The notes under the pieces were generated by a model. The model was not told where the DNA came from. It saw only the letters and a program-made list of their open reading frames with translations, and ran no database searches. DNA of 64,000 nt from an uncultured Bacteroidales bacterium (GTDB taxonomy: Bacteria; Bacteroidota; Bacteroidia; Bacteroidales; VadinHA17). The position numbers and the translations under genes are program-made. Location of the stretch: positions 83,837 through 147,836 of the forward strand of contig CAVTPX010000002.1 of assembly GCA_963736735.1 (NCBI GenBank), read 5' to 3'. The number at the start of each line of letters is the position of its first letter. Within the stretch, counting starts at the first letter, position 1. Positions 30,779 through 40,621 of the stretch are shown in pieces.

Positions 30779-31489
30779 ATGAAACAGCAAGACTGTGCTA
30801 TATCATTTTGCGACAAATGCGCTTTTGAGACCAGTTCCGTCTTCCGCTTTCTGACAAGGGATGAGACTGACCGTCTGAATTTTGAGAAAGACTTCCGTCA
30901 CTACAAGAGGGGGGACATACTGTACAATGAGGGCAACAGGATAAGCGGTTTCTTCTGTATCAATTCAGGAATCATAAAAGTCTTCAAGACCGGCGTTGAC
31001 GGAAAGGAACAGATTATAAGGTTCGCGAGAAAAGGAGAAATCATTGCATACAGATCCGTTCTCAGCAATGAGTCTGCCTGTACTTCTGCGAAGGTGATAG
31101 AAGACTGTCAGGTCTGTTTTATTCCCTCTGAGCTTCTGATTCAGTTTGTAAAAACCAACCCGGCTTTTTCATTCGAGATAGTCAAGCTTACCTGTCATGA
31201 ACTGGCGGAGGCTAATTCATATATCACCGATATTGCACAGAAAACCGTAAGGGAACGCGTTGCAGAAGTGCTTATCCAGCTTGTAAAGGACTTTGGGCTC
31301 GATGAGCAGAAATTCCTCCGTATCTCCCTGACACGGGAAGAACTGGCCAATATCGTTGGTACTGCCACTGAATCAGTTATAAGACTTCTCTCTGAATTCA
31401 AAAGCGACAGGCTGATAGAGCTTTCCGGAAGGAAGATAAGGATCCTTGATCTGAAGGGTCTTGAAAAGATCAGCAACGTTATAAGCTGA
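30779..31489 (+). CDS. Crp/Fnr family regulator with an FNR-like N-terminal Cys cluster
   Basis: cNMP-like beta-roll plus C-terminal HTH ('REELANIVGTATESVIRLLSEF'). The N-terminus 'DCAISFCDKC' resembles E. coli FNR 'GCAIHCQDC'. Confidence 0.85.
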   Translation: MKQQDCAISFCDKCAFETSSVFRFLTRDETDRLNFEKDFRHYKRGDILYNEGNRISGFFCINSGIIKVFKTGVDGKEQIIRFARKGEIIAYRSVLSNESACTSAKVIEDCQVCFIPSELLIQFVKTNPAFSFEIVKLTCHELAEANSYITDIAQKTVRERVAEVLIQLVKDFGLDEQKFLRISLTREELANIVGTATESVIRLLSEFKSDRLIELSGRKIRILDLKGLEKISNVIS

Positions 31490-31494
31490 CGCTG

Positions 31495-32514
31495 TCAGAA
31501 CAGGGTGTTTCCCGTTGCGGGAACGATTCCAAGGTGTTTATATGCAGACTCTGTCGCCTCACGGCCCCGCGGTGTACGTTTTATGTATCCCTCCTTTATA
31601 AGGAATGGTTCGTAAACCTCCTCAATGGTGCCGCTCTCTTCGCCGACTGCTGTAGAAATATTATTCAGGCCAACAGGGCCTCCCTTGAACTTTTCAATTA
31701 TTGTTCTGAGGATTCTGTTATCCATCTCATCAAGGCCGTGCAGGTCGATGCAGAGGGCTTCAAGGCTGTAGCGTGTTATCTCCAGGTCTATCGATCCGGA
31801 GCCTTTGACCTGTGCAAAATCACGGACTCTTCTCAGGAGAGCATTCGCAATCCTTGGCGTGCCACGGCTGCGTGAGGCTATCTCATGGGCAGCCTCTTCA
31901 TCTATCTCGATATTGAGGATCTCAGCAGATCTTTTGACAATACCCTTTAGTACCGGAGTGTCATAATACTCGAGATGAAATTTTATTCCGAACCTGGCAC
32001 GCAGCGGACTTGTAAGCAATCCTGACCGGGTTGTGGCCCCGATCAGCGTGAAGGGACTGAGTTTCAGCTGCACTGAACGTGCTCCCGGTCCCTTGTCTAT
32101 CATTATATCGATCTGATAGTCCTCCATGGCCGAATAGAGGTATTCTTCAACCACCGGGCTGAGCCTGTGGATCTCATCGATGAAAAGGACATCACCCTCG
32201 TCGAGACTTGTAAGAAGGCCTGCAAGATCACCCGGCTTGTCAAGCACGGGGCCGGAGGTAACTTTAAGTTTTACATTCAGCTCATTTGAAATGATTGTAG
32301 CGAGAGTTGTCTTTCCGAGTCCGGGAGGACCGTGAAGAAGTACATGATCGAGAGCCTCTCCGCGCTGTTTTGCTGCCGTAACGAACACGCTGAGGTTGTC
32401 TGTGATTCGTTGCTGCCCCTTGAAATCGACGAAGGAAAGCGGTCTCAGCTGTCGTTCTACCTCAACATCTCCTGTAAGGGTCACTTCGTTCCTGACATTA
32501 AAATTTTCGCTCAT
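31495..32514 (-). CDS. ruvB: Holliday junction branch migration helicase
   Basis: '[14 protein letters not shown]' Walker A and 'LFIDEIHRL' Walker B. Full RuvB layout. Confidence 0.97.
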   Translation of the reverse strand: MSENFNVRNEVTLTGDVEVERQLRPLSFVDFKGQQRITDNLSVFVTAAKQRGEALDHVLLHGPPGLGKTTLATIISNELNVKLKVTSGPVLDKPGDLAGLLTSLDEGDVLFIDEIHRLSPVVEEYLYSAMEDYQIDIMIDKGPGARSVQLKLSPFTLIGATTRSGLLTSPLRARFGIKFHLEYYDTPVLKGIVKRSAEILNIEIDEEAAHEIASRSRGTPRIANALLRRVRDFAQVKGSGSIDLEITRYSLEALCIDLHGLDEMDNRILRTIIEKFKGGPVGLNNISTAVGEESGTIEEVYEPFLIKEGYIKRTPRGREATESAYKHLGIVPATGNTLF

Positions 32515-32520
32515 TGCAGG

Positions 32521-34072
32521 TCATTTAATGAGCTTAACGTCGCTCTCCGGGAGCTTGATGCTCACCCCGTTTATATTCGTTTCAATGTCATCGCGGTAGG
32601 TGATTGTCAGAACCACCTCGCCCTCTTCGTTGTATTTCTTCCACGTTTTTGAGCGAAGTCCGTTCTCATAATAACGTTCCTCCTTTATTCTGCCGTTTTC
32701 ATAATAAAGTATATGATGGCCGGTGGGGCTGCCCTGGTTATAGCTGCCCCTGAATCTCTGTTTGCCGTTGGCATAATAAGCCTTCCAGGGTCCGTCGCGA
32801 AAACCCAGAAGGTAAGTGCCGGACTCCGTATTGTCGCCTGTCCGGAAGTTCCATTCGCCGTTTCTTTCACCGTCAGCATAGTTTCCCTGAGCAATTATCT
32901 CACCCTCGCGGGTATATTCGGTGTATTTGCCTTCCCTGCGGCCCTGGGCATATTCTTCCTCGCGGAGCAGCTCGCCTTCCGGGTAGTACCAGCGCCAGGT
33001 TCCCTCTATGCGGCCGTTGCTGTATGACCCGGCCTGCTCCAGCTTTCCGGACTGAGAGTAAAACTTCCACTGCCCGGTACGCCTGTTTTCTGCATAGGAT
33101 CCTTCTGCGGTAACTACCCCTTCGGGAGAAAAGTCTTTCCAGGCACCGTTGCGGTTACCTGCCGCATCTACAATACCCTCAGAGATCAGGAGTCCGTTGT
33201 CATTGTAAATTCTTGCTCCCTTTATTGATCCGTTTTCGGAGTATTCACGGTGAATGCCTACCGGAACACCGGCCTTAAACGGTCCGGAAAATGTAAGCCT
33301 GCCGTTATCGTCATACTTATTTACAATTTCGATGTCAGCGCCGGTATCAATGTCGGTACCGGTTACCTTTCCCTCCTCGTACAACAGGGTGACAACAAGC
33401 TTGCCTCTTTCATCGTACTCCTTGTAATACCCGTGCAGCAGGTCATTTCGATAGTTCTTTTCGACCCGGATATTTCCTCCGGGATAAAACTCCAGCCATT
33501 CACCCTGCTTCAGTCCTGCTGCGTCAGTGAAATTTATCTTTTCACGGCTTATGAGAAAATCATTGTTATATTCCAGGAGGGAGATGATCTTTCCTTCGCG
33601 GTCATATTCGCGTGACAACCCGTCACGGAGACCGTTGTAATAGGGGATTGTCTGCCTTATTTTTCCTTCAGGATAATAGATCAGGGCCACGCCTTCCTTT
33701 TTGTCTCCTGCATATAACTCCTTCGAGTATACATATGAACCGTAAACCGGATCCTTTTGATACTTGATATAATACCCGTTTCTTTTACCCAGAAGATAGC
33801 TGATTTTTTCAGTTGTGTCGCCTGCCTGGTCAAAGAATACCCAGATGCTGTCAAGCAGATAACTTCTTCTTTTTCCTTCAGATTTCAATACTCCGGTTAT
33901 ATAATAGCTCTTCCAGTATCCGTCGGGTTTTCCATTCCTTATAAATCCTTCACTGGAGAGATTGCCGTTGGGATACCTGAACTGCTGAAAGCCGTCCTTT
34001 ATCTCCCCGGTATCCTGTGCAGAGAGGCCCAGGCGCCATTATTACAAGTAAAAAAAGAAGTAGTCTTCTCAT
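32521..34072 (-). pseudogene. MORN-variant repeat (YwqK-like) secreted protein with a frame break inside the signal peptide (about 34027)
   Basis: About 20 repeats of 'G.W..YY.nGk...eG.Y.nG...G'. ATG 34072 (1 nt after the nadA stop) encodes 'MRRLLLFLLVIMAPG'. Removing one C continues 'LSAQDTGEIKDGFQQFRYPNGN...' into the 455-aa ORF. Confidence 0.7.
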
Positions 34073-34073
34073 T

Positions 34074-35069
34074 CTATAAACCAAGTTTTGCAGATATTTC
34101 AAGCATCCGCCTGATGGGAACTGCTGCTCTTTCAATAATTTCCGGATCAACTGTAATTTCCGGCTTTTCAAATTTAAGTGATTTATATATCTTTTCAAGG
34201 GTAATCAGCTTCATGAAATTACATTCGCTGCAACCGCAAGTTGAATCTTTGGGAGGTGCCGGAATAAAAGTTTTATCGGGCTCAGCCTTCTGCATCTGAT
34301 AAATTATACCTGGTTCTGTTGCCACTATATATTTGTCTCCGCTATCCCTGCTTACAAAAGAAAGAAGTCCGGATGTGGATCCTATAAAATCTGCAACAAT
34401 TCTGACGGGCATTTCACATTCGGGATGTGCAATGATTTTCGATCCCGGATTTTCCCTTTTAACTTTCAGTATTGCCTCAATTGAAAATTGTTCATGAACG
34501 TGGCAGGCGCCGTTCCATACCAGAATATCCCTTCCTGTCAGGCTTTTAATATAATTTCCCAGGTTGCGGTCAGGCCCGAAAATTATCTTTTCATCTTCAG
34601 GAAGTGATTCTACAATCTGTCTTGCATTTGAAGAAGTGCACGCAATATCACTGAGGGCTTTAATATCGGCAGTTGTATTAACATATGTTATAACGGTTCT
34701 GCCGGGATTTTCAGCTATGAATTTTTCGAAGTCCTCTTTCCTGCATGAATCAGCCAGGGAACAGCCTGCCAGTATATCAGGTAAAATCACCTTTTTATCA
34801 GGTGAAAGTATTTTTGCAGTCTCTGCCATGAACTTTACTCCTGCAAAAACAATAATATCGGCTTTTGTTACTGCTGCCTGCTGTGATAGAGCAAGACTGT
34901 CGCCTACAAAATCTGCAATATCCTGAATATCCGAAGTCTGGTAATAATGAGCAAGTATAACGGCATTCTTTTCCTTCCTCAACAAATTAATGCCATTCAC
35001 GGTCTCAATGTTTAAACTACCTTCACCGGCAGCAGAAACAGTTCGTTTTATATTTTTATCAACAGGCAT
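34074..35069 (-). CDS. nadA: Quinolinate synthase
   Basis: 331 aa with 'ILAHYYQ...DIADFVGDSL', 'CHVHEQF' and 'STCGCSEC.FMK' Fe-S ligand contexts. Confidence 0.9.
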   Translation of the reverse strand: MPVDKNIKRTVSAAGEGSLNIETVNGINLLRKEKNAVILAHYYQTSDIQDIADFVGDSLALSQQAAVTKADIIVFAGVKFMAETAKILSPDKKVILPDILAGCSLADSCRKEDFEKFIAENPGRTVITYVNTTADIKALSDIACTSSNARQIVESLPEDEKIIFGPDRNLGNYIKSLTGRDILVWNGACHVHEQFSIEAILKVKRENPGSKIIAHPECEMPVRIVADFIGSTSGLLSFVSRDSGDKYIVATEPGIIYQMQKAEPDKTFIPAPPKDSTCGCSECNFMKLITLEKIYKSLKFEKPEITVDPEIIERAAVPIRRMLEISAKLGL

Positions 35070-35488
35070 TATTTTAATAGTTTAATTGAATTTTATAAAT
35101 ATGATTGTTATTATATCCTGTTAATTGTGTTCAAACAATTTTATTTTTTCTCTTGCAGAAATGGGTATTAAAACGTTAAAAACAACTTATAAACACTGCA
35201 AAAAACATACCTTTTCTGTAACACAACACCTTAAGCAATAAATTAACAACTGTTGACATACATTTGTTAATAGGTGAAAGAGAACAAATGTAGCCCATTT
35301 TAATGTTCAGTCCCGGTTGAAAAGCTCTTTTAAATTCATTATAAATAGATTTTGACGGAAGAATTCTGTAACAGTAGAGTAAATTTTCCGAATGATTAAA
35401 AGAAATGAACAAAATACTCCCGGGTTCGTTACATTTTATGAACAAAAAAGGATATTGATGATTTCTTTTCTTTTAATAATTGTCGGGC

Positions 35489-35496
35489 TATATTTG
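35489..35496 (+). promoter_or_regulatory. -7 box TATATTTG (TAnnTTTG) 21 nt upstream of the rpiB start
   Basis: Exact consensus match with the same spacing as the box at 28824. No clear -33 TTTG. Confidence 0.35.
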
Positions 35497-35516
35497 TATA
35501 AAAATATAGTAAAATT

Positions 35517-35957
35517 TTGGAAAAGGTAATAATTGCTGCAGACCATGCCGGGTTCCGTCTTAAAGAAAAGATAGTGAGGTGGCTTATTGCAAACAGGTAT
35601 GAAGTAAAGGACATAGGCACTTTTTCAGAGGAGAGTGTAGACTATCCTGATTTTGCCCATCCGTTGTGCGAATCTGTTGAAAAGGGAGACTACAGATTTG
35701 GTATAACCATATGCGGGTCCGGCAACGGAATCAACATGACATCGAACAAACACCGGGGAATACGGTCGGCTGTATGCTGGAACGAGGAGATAAGCCGTCT
35801 GGCCAGGGCCCACAATGATGCCAATATATGTGCCCTGCCTGGCAGGTTTATGACTGAAGCCGAAGCCATCGTTGTGGTTAAGACGTTCCTTACAAGTTCA
35901 TTTGAAGGAGGGCGTCATAAACGTCGCATAGACAAGATACCCCTGAGCTCCTTCTGA
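35517..35957 (+). CDS. rpiB: Ribose-5-phosphate isomerase B
   Basis: 'IIAADHAGFRLKE' and 'GITICGSGNGINMTSNKHRGIRSA' (catalytic Cys context). TTG start. Confidence 0.9.
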   Translation: MEKVIIAADHAGFRLKEKIVRWLIANRYEVKDIGTFSEESVDYPDFAHPLCESVEKGDYRFGITICGSGNGINMTSNKHRGIRSAVCWNEEISRLARAHNDANICALPGRFMTEAEAIVVVKTFLTSSFEGGRHKRRIDKIPLSSF

Positions 35958-35958
35958 G

Positions 35959-36399
35959 ATGCTTTCCAACTCCTGTAAATACGGTATAAGGGCGGTTATT
36001 TTTATTGCCAGTAAGCAGGAGGGACTGGGAAAGGTAGGGCTTAAGGTCATCGGGGAAGAGCTTAAGATACCCGTTCCCTACCTTGCCAAAATATTGCAGA
36101 TTCTTTCAAAAAGAAAAATACTTGATTCATCCAAAGGTCCGCACGGCGGTTTTTCACTTCTCATTCCTGCAAAAAGCCTTACGCTTATGGATATTGTAAG
36201 GGCGATTGACGGGGAGGACTTCTTTGACAGTTGCTATGTAACAGGGGAGAAGTGTAATTTCAATGAACCCGACAAAGGTGTTTGTCTGCTTCACAACGAC
36301 CTGCGGAAGGAAAAGGAAAAACTTACGCAGTTTTTCTCCGGCAGGACAATTGACAGCCTCCTGGGGCAGATACAAAAAAACAACAAACTTATTATCTGA
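35959..36399 (+). CDS. Rrf2 family transcriptional regulator
   Basis: 'SCKYGIRAVIFIA' N-terminal wHTH. Three Cys at C92-x6-C99-x9-C109 plus H112, which could be an Fe-S site with non-IscR spacing. Confidence 0.85.
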   Translation: MLSNSCKYGIRAVIFIASKQEGLGKVGLKVIGEELKIPVPYLAKILQILSKRKILDSSKGPHGGFSLLIPAKSLTLMDIVRAIDGEDFFDSCYVTGEKCNFNEPDKGVCLLHNDLRKEKEKLTQFFSGRTIDSLLGQIQKNNKLII

Positions 36400-36778
36400 T
36401 TTTTTTCAGGATCTGCCTGACCGCCAGTGCGCCGGCAATGCCTGCACCAACACCGAGGATATCCGCTGCCAGGTCAAGGGCTTCGGCCTGTCTGGAGCTT
36501 GTAAGCAAATACTGAAATACTTCCATCAGGGCACCGAATGTTACAGGTATAACAAGGACTACATAGCGGACACTCCTGCCGCTCTGCCACAGGCATGAGT
36601 CAAGCAGCAACATTCCGGAGAAAAGAGCATACATTATGAAATGGCCGATCTTGTCTACATAAGGTATTCTCAGAAAATCACCGGGCACCAGCGATTGACC
36701 ACCTGACAGGCTGAGCCAGAGAATCAGAATCCCGATAAGGACACTCCTGTAATATCTTTTAATAAAGAGAGATGCCAT
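36392..36778 (-). CDS. VanZ-like membrane protein
   Basis: 128 aa with 4 TM helices and 'DKIGHFIMYALFS'. Confidence 0.6.
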   Translation of the reverse strand: MASLFIKRYYRSVLIGILILWLSLSGGQSLVPGDFLRIPYVDKIGHFIMYALFSGMLLLDSCLWQSGRSVRYVVLVIPVTFGALMEVFQYLLTSSRQAEALDLAADILGVGAGIAGALAVRQILKKIR

Positions 36779-36850
36779 TCTTTAATGTTGAATGGGCGAA
36801 AATAATAAACTAATGCCGAATCTTTTGTAAATTTAGAAAATTGATTTTCA

Positions 36851-37981
36851 ATGGCAGGAGTCTATCTTCATATACCGTTCTGCAAAAGTTTCTGTTCCTA
36901 CTGTGATTTTTACAGTGTTACTGAAATTGATAACACCGGAAGGTTCGTTGATGCGATAATTGCCGAAGCCTCGCTGCGTTCTGATTACCTTGGCGGTGAG
37001 ACCGTGGATACGGTGTATTTCGGCGGCGGAACGCCTTCTCTGTTGACGGCTGCAGACATAAAGAAGATCCTGTCAGCGATCTCGGAACGGCAGCACCTTT
37101 CTCATGACCCGGAAATCACCCTGGAGGCCAATCCTGATGACATTAATGACCGGTATCTCGGTGAGCTTGGTGAAGCGGGCATCAACAGGCTCAGTTTCGG
37201 AATCCAGTCATGGAGTGATGCCCGCCTGAAATACCTGGGGCGCAGACACACTGCCGGGGATTCTGCAAAGGCGCTTGAAGGAGCATTCAGGGCCGGGTTT
37301 AAGAATGTTTCTGCAGATCTCATTTTCGGGGTTCCCGGCATGACTCCTGCGGACCTTAAGACGGATCTCGATAAGACATTTTCATATCCGGTTACCCACC
37401 TCTCAGCGTATCACCTTACGATTGAAGAGGGAACAAAATTCGGGAAGATGAAAAAAGAAGGCAGGCTGACTGAGGCTGACGAGGAGGTTAGTGCAGCCAT
37501 GTTTTCACTTCTGGCTTCTGAATGCCGTTCTCATGGATTCATTCACTACGAGATCTCCAATTTTGCAGCGGAGGGATATATTTCAAGGCATAACTCCTCA
37601 TACTGGAAGCAGATCCCGTATATGGGACTGGGGCCTTCGGCCCATTCGTTCAATGCTGTTTCAAGACAATGGAATGAATCGAACCTGAAGAAATACATCC
37701 GGTCGGTAGAGACGGGCGTTGTGCCGTTTGAGCGTGAAGAGCTCGACAGGATCACAATGTTCAATGAGTACCTAATGACCTCTCTGCGCACAATGTGGGG
37801 GGTTGACCTGGAACATGTAGAGCGGTCGTATGACAAGGAGCTGCACGATTATCTTGTCAACTTATCGGAAAAGTATATCCGTTACGGACTTATGAACCGG
37901 AATAAAAATACCCTGGTCCTCACAGACCAGGGTAAGATGATTTCTGATAATATTATCGGGGAGCTCCTGATGGAGCTTTGA
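36851..37981 (+). CDS. hemW: Radical SAM heme chaperone (HemN-like, oxygen-independent coproporphyrinogen oxidase family)
   Basis: 'YLHIPFCKSFCSYCDF' CxxxCxxC motif, 'YFGGGTPS', and a HemN C-domain. Confidence 0.9.
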   Translation: MAGVYLHIPFCKSFCSYCDFYSVTEIDNTGRFVDAIIAEASLRSDYLGGETVDTVYFGGGTPSLLTAADIKKILSAISERQHLSHDPEITLEANPDDINDRYLGELGEAGINRLSFGIQSWSDARLKYLGRRHTAGDSAKALEGAFRAGFKNVSADLIFGVPGMTPADLKTDLDKTFSYPVTHLSAYHLTIEEGTKFGKMKKEGRLTEADEEVSAAMFSLLASECRSHGFIHYEISNFAAEGYISRHNSSYWKQIPYMGLGPSAHSFNAVSRQWNESNLKKYIRSVETGVVPFEREELDRITMFNEYLMTSLRTMWGVDLEHVERSYDKELHDYLVNLSEKYIRYGLMNRNKNTLVLTDQGKMISDNIIGELLMEL

Positions 37982-38899
37982 CTATCTCCTGCCTTTCAGC
38001 ATGTATGATCCTGAGCCGATCTTCTCTCCTTCAAGATAAAGTTCAACGCTGTAGGTCCCTGCGATGAAGTCGCCTGTGTTGTCAAGAAATATGCACATTT
38101 CCACATCCTGGTTTGCATAATCAACAGCCCTGTTTGCAGAGTAGATAAGCTGTTCGCCCTTTACTTCGAAAAGGTTGTCGGGTGATGTTGTTATGACAAG
38201 CTGATCGGGGCGCACCACGCGGAGATAAACCATTTTACTTCCTGCGGAGGCTATGGGGTTTTCGCGAAGGGTGAAACATACGCGTACCTTATCGAGACGG
38301 TTGAGCTCGTCGGTCTCCTTCCTCTTCTTGTTCAGGGCCACTGCCGTTACGTCTTTGGCCTGTATTACAGAGGCGATGGTGACCTTAGAGGTGAGTTCCT
38401 CCTTTACTTTTTCAAGTTCTACGTTTGTCTCCTGTACCTGTGTAATCTGTTCCTTTATCTGCGTGTTTTCGGCGACGAGGACCTGGTTGCGTGAGTTGAG
38501 AGAGTCAATCTGAACGATATAGCTCTTCATGATGTCACGCATTGTTGTGATCTCTGCCTTATATTTCCTGATAAGCTGGGCATTTGATGCGCTTACCTCG
38601 AGGAGCTTCTGAATCTTATTCCGCTGCTGCTGAAGCTGTGCATTAAGAGTGTCATTGCTTGTCTTAAGGGTATCGTATCCGTACATTATCATTCTGAGTT
38701 CACCTGCAAGGGAGTCTTTTTCTTCCGTAAGGACCTGCTCCATCTCAACCATTTTATTCTTCTGGTTATAATAGAGTACTATGAGTGCAATTAAGCCGAG
38801 TGTCAGGATTATTGTTGACACAATCATTACTACCGGAGCGCCTTTTTTGTGCTCCACGTATTCAGCCTGATACTTTTCGTCGTTTTCCATTTCTGTCAT
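37982..38899 (-). CDS. Membrane-anchored coiled-coil protein, function unknown
   Basis: One N-terminal TM helix ('VVMIVSTIILTLGLIALIVLYY'), about 130 aa of heptad-like coiled coil, and a C-terminal beta-rich domain. Confidence 0.6.
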   Translation of the reverse strand: MTEMENDEKYQAEYVEHKKGAPVVMIVSTIILTLGLIALIVLYYNQKNKMVEMEQVLTEEKDSLAGELRMIMYGYDTLKTSNDTLNAQLQQQRNKIQKLLEVSASNAQLIRKYKAEITTMRDIMKSYIVQIDSLNSRNQVLVAENTQIKEQITQVQETNVELEKVKEELTSKVTIASVIQAKDVTAVALNKKRKETDELNRLDKVRVCFTLRENPIASAGSKMVYLRVVRPDQLVITTSPDNLFEVKGEQLIYSANRAVDYANQDVEMCIFLDNTGDFIAGTYSVELYLEGEKIGSGSYMLKGRR

Positions 38900-39011
38900 T
38901 TTAATATTAGTGCAAAATTAGTTAATAATTATTGACCAGCAATTTAATCTGATGTTTGATTAACTTTATGGCTCGCCCTTTTATAACATAAATCTTTATA
39001 AAATATTGTTT

Positions 39012-40415
39012 ATGAGTGGATTCTATGGTTCTGTCTCAGACAGGAGATGTGTTGACGATGTTTTTTACGGAGCAGATTATCATTCTCATCTTGGTACAAA
39101 ACGTGCAGGCATGGTGTTTTATGATGCAGAGATAGGATTCAGGAGAAGGATTCATAATCTTGAGAATGCATATTTCCGCAATAAATTTGAATCGGAGCTT
39201 TCTGAATTTCGCGGAAATAGCGGGATGGCGGTTATCAGTGACACTGATCCGCAGCCGATTCTTTTCAATTCGCACCTTGGTCCTTTTGCGCTGGTGACTG
39301 TTTCACGGATAGTGAACATAAATGAGCTTGCCGAATTTTTTCTCGCCCGCAAGAAGCACTTCACCGAAAATTTCATGGGCAATATCAATCCCACCGAGAT
39401 GGTGGCGAATCTTATATGTGAGGGGGACTCTTTTGTAGAGGGCATTAATAATGTATTTAACCGGGTACAGGGATCCTGTTCGCTGCTTGTGCTGACGCCT
39501 GACGGCATCATTGCAGCCAGGGACAAAAACGGAAGGACGCCGGTTGTAATCGGGAAAAAGGAGGGGGCCCGCGCTGTTGCATCTGAGACCAGTGCTTTTC
39601 CGAATACGGGGTTTGAGACGGAGTATTTTCTGGGACCGGGAGAGATTGTACATATTCGCGCAGGGGGATTCTCAAGGCTGCAGGCTCCCGGGAAACGGAT
39701 GCAGATATGTGCATTCCTGTGGGTTTATTACGGATTTCCGACATCGGAATATGAAGGCATAAACGTAGAAGAAGTAAGGTACCGCTGCGGGGCCGCCCTT
39801 GCGCGCCGCGATGACGTGGAGGCTGATTTTGTGTGCGGTGTGCCTGACTCCGGCGTAGGTCACGCAATAGGATATGCAAATGAGAAAAGGCTGCCATATA
39901 AACGGTCATTTTCGAAGTATACCCCCACCTGGCCCCGCAGCTTCATGCCGCAGCATCAGGATCAGCGGGACCTTGTGGCCAGGATGAAGCTGATACCAAA
40001 CAAAGCGCTGACGGAGGGAAAGAGCATCATTTTCCTTGATGACAGTATTGTGCGGGGTACCCAGCTGAAAGACAATACCAGGGATCTGCGAAAGGCCGGT
40101 GCTGCAATGCTGCACATGCGGATTGCCTGTCCGCCGCTGCTCTTCCCCTGTCATTATCTAAATTTTTCACAGTCGCGCTCAACCCTTGAGCTTGCAGCAC
40201 GAAAAGCCGTAGTCAAACTGGAGGGCAGTGAAAAAAATATTGAGGACTATCTTGATCCCGATTCAGGGAAATATAAGTCAATGGTAGACGAAATCGCAAA
40301 AAGCATAGGGATGGACTCGCTTGTTTATCAGCGGCTTGACGACCTGATTAAGGCAATCGGAATTCCTAAAGAAAGACTTTGTACGCACTGTTGGGACGGG
40401 AGCAGCAGCTTCTGA
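39012..40415 (+). CDS. Amidophosphoribosyltransferase-like protein lacking the N-terminal Cys nucleophile
   Basis: PRPP-binding loop 'IIFLDDSIVRGTQLK' and a class-II GATase-like N-domain. The N-terminus is 'MSGFYGS', not 'MCG'. Confidence 0.7.
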   Translation: MSGFYGSVSDRRCVDDVFYGADYHSHLGTKRAGMVFYDAEIGFRRRIHNLENAYFRNKFESELSEFRGNSGMAVISDTDPQPILFNSHLGPFALVTVSRIVNINELAEFFLARKKHFTENFMGNINPTEMVANLICEGDSFVEGINNVFNRVQGSCSLLVLTPDGIIAARDKNGRTPVVIGKKEGARAVASETSAFPNTGFETEYFLGPGEIVHIRAGGFSRLQAPGKRMQICAFLWVYYGFPTSEYEGINVEEVRYRCGAALARRDDVEADFVCGVPDSGVGHAIGYANEKRLPYKRSFSKYTPTWPRSFMPQHQDQRDLVARMKLIPNKALTEGKSIIFLDDSIVRGTQLKDNTRDLRKAGAAMLHMRIACPPLLFPCHYLNFSQSRSTLELAARKAVVKLEGSEKNIEDYLDPDSGKYKSMVDEIAKSIGMDSLVYQRLDDLIKAIGIPKERLCTHCWDGSSSF

Positions 40416-40582
40416 GAATGTTAAAAACTCACACAGGTTGTTAATAAGTGTGAAAATTCTATTAACATTGCCAATGTGTTGATGACCTACATTTACACAG
40501 CGGAATATTTATTATTGGATTATATGACCATACATGCAACCATTTTTGCAGGCATTGTGTCGTGTATGAAAGAATAAAGGAA

Positions 40583-40605
40583 TTAAACTAAAATTAAAAC
40601 TAAAA
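40583..40605 (+). repeat. A-rich tandem leader repeat (TTAAACTAAAA / TTAAAACTAAAA) just upstream of the first pilin gene
   Basis: Read directly. It is part of an unstructured A-rich 5' leader ending 16 nt before ATG 40622. Confidence 0.5.
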
Positions 40606-40621
40606 TCAAAAACAAAGAATC

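Noticed and set aside
35176-35620. Two minus-strand ORFs (89 and 63 aa) in the nadA-rpiB spacer
   Set aside because: Their AT-rich, Phe/Ile/Asn/Lys-biased translations are typical of non-coding AT-rich DNA. One of them overlaps the rpiB start.
40416-40621. Invertible promoter upstream of the pilus operon
   Set aside because: Only short inverted repeats were found (TGTTAATA-N13-TATTAACA at 40439-40467 and AACATTG-C-CAATGTg at about 40463-40477). No flanking IRs of 15 bp or more and no nearby invertase gene. There is a near-consensus -7 box, CATTTTTG, at 40541-40548.
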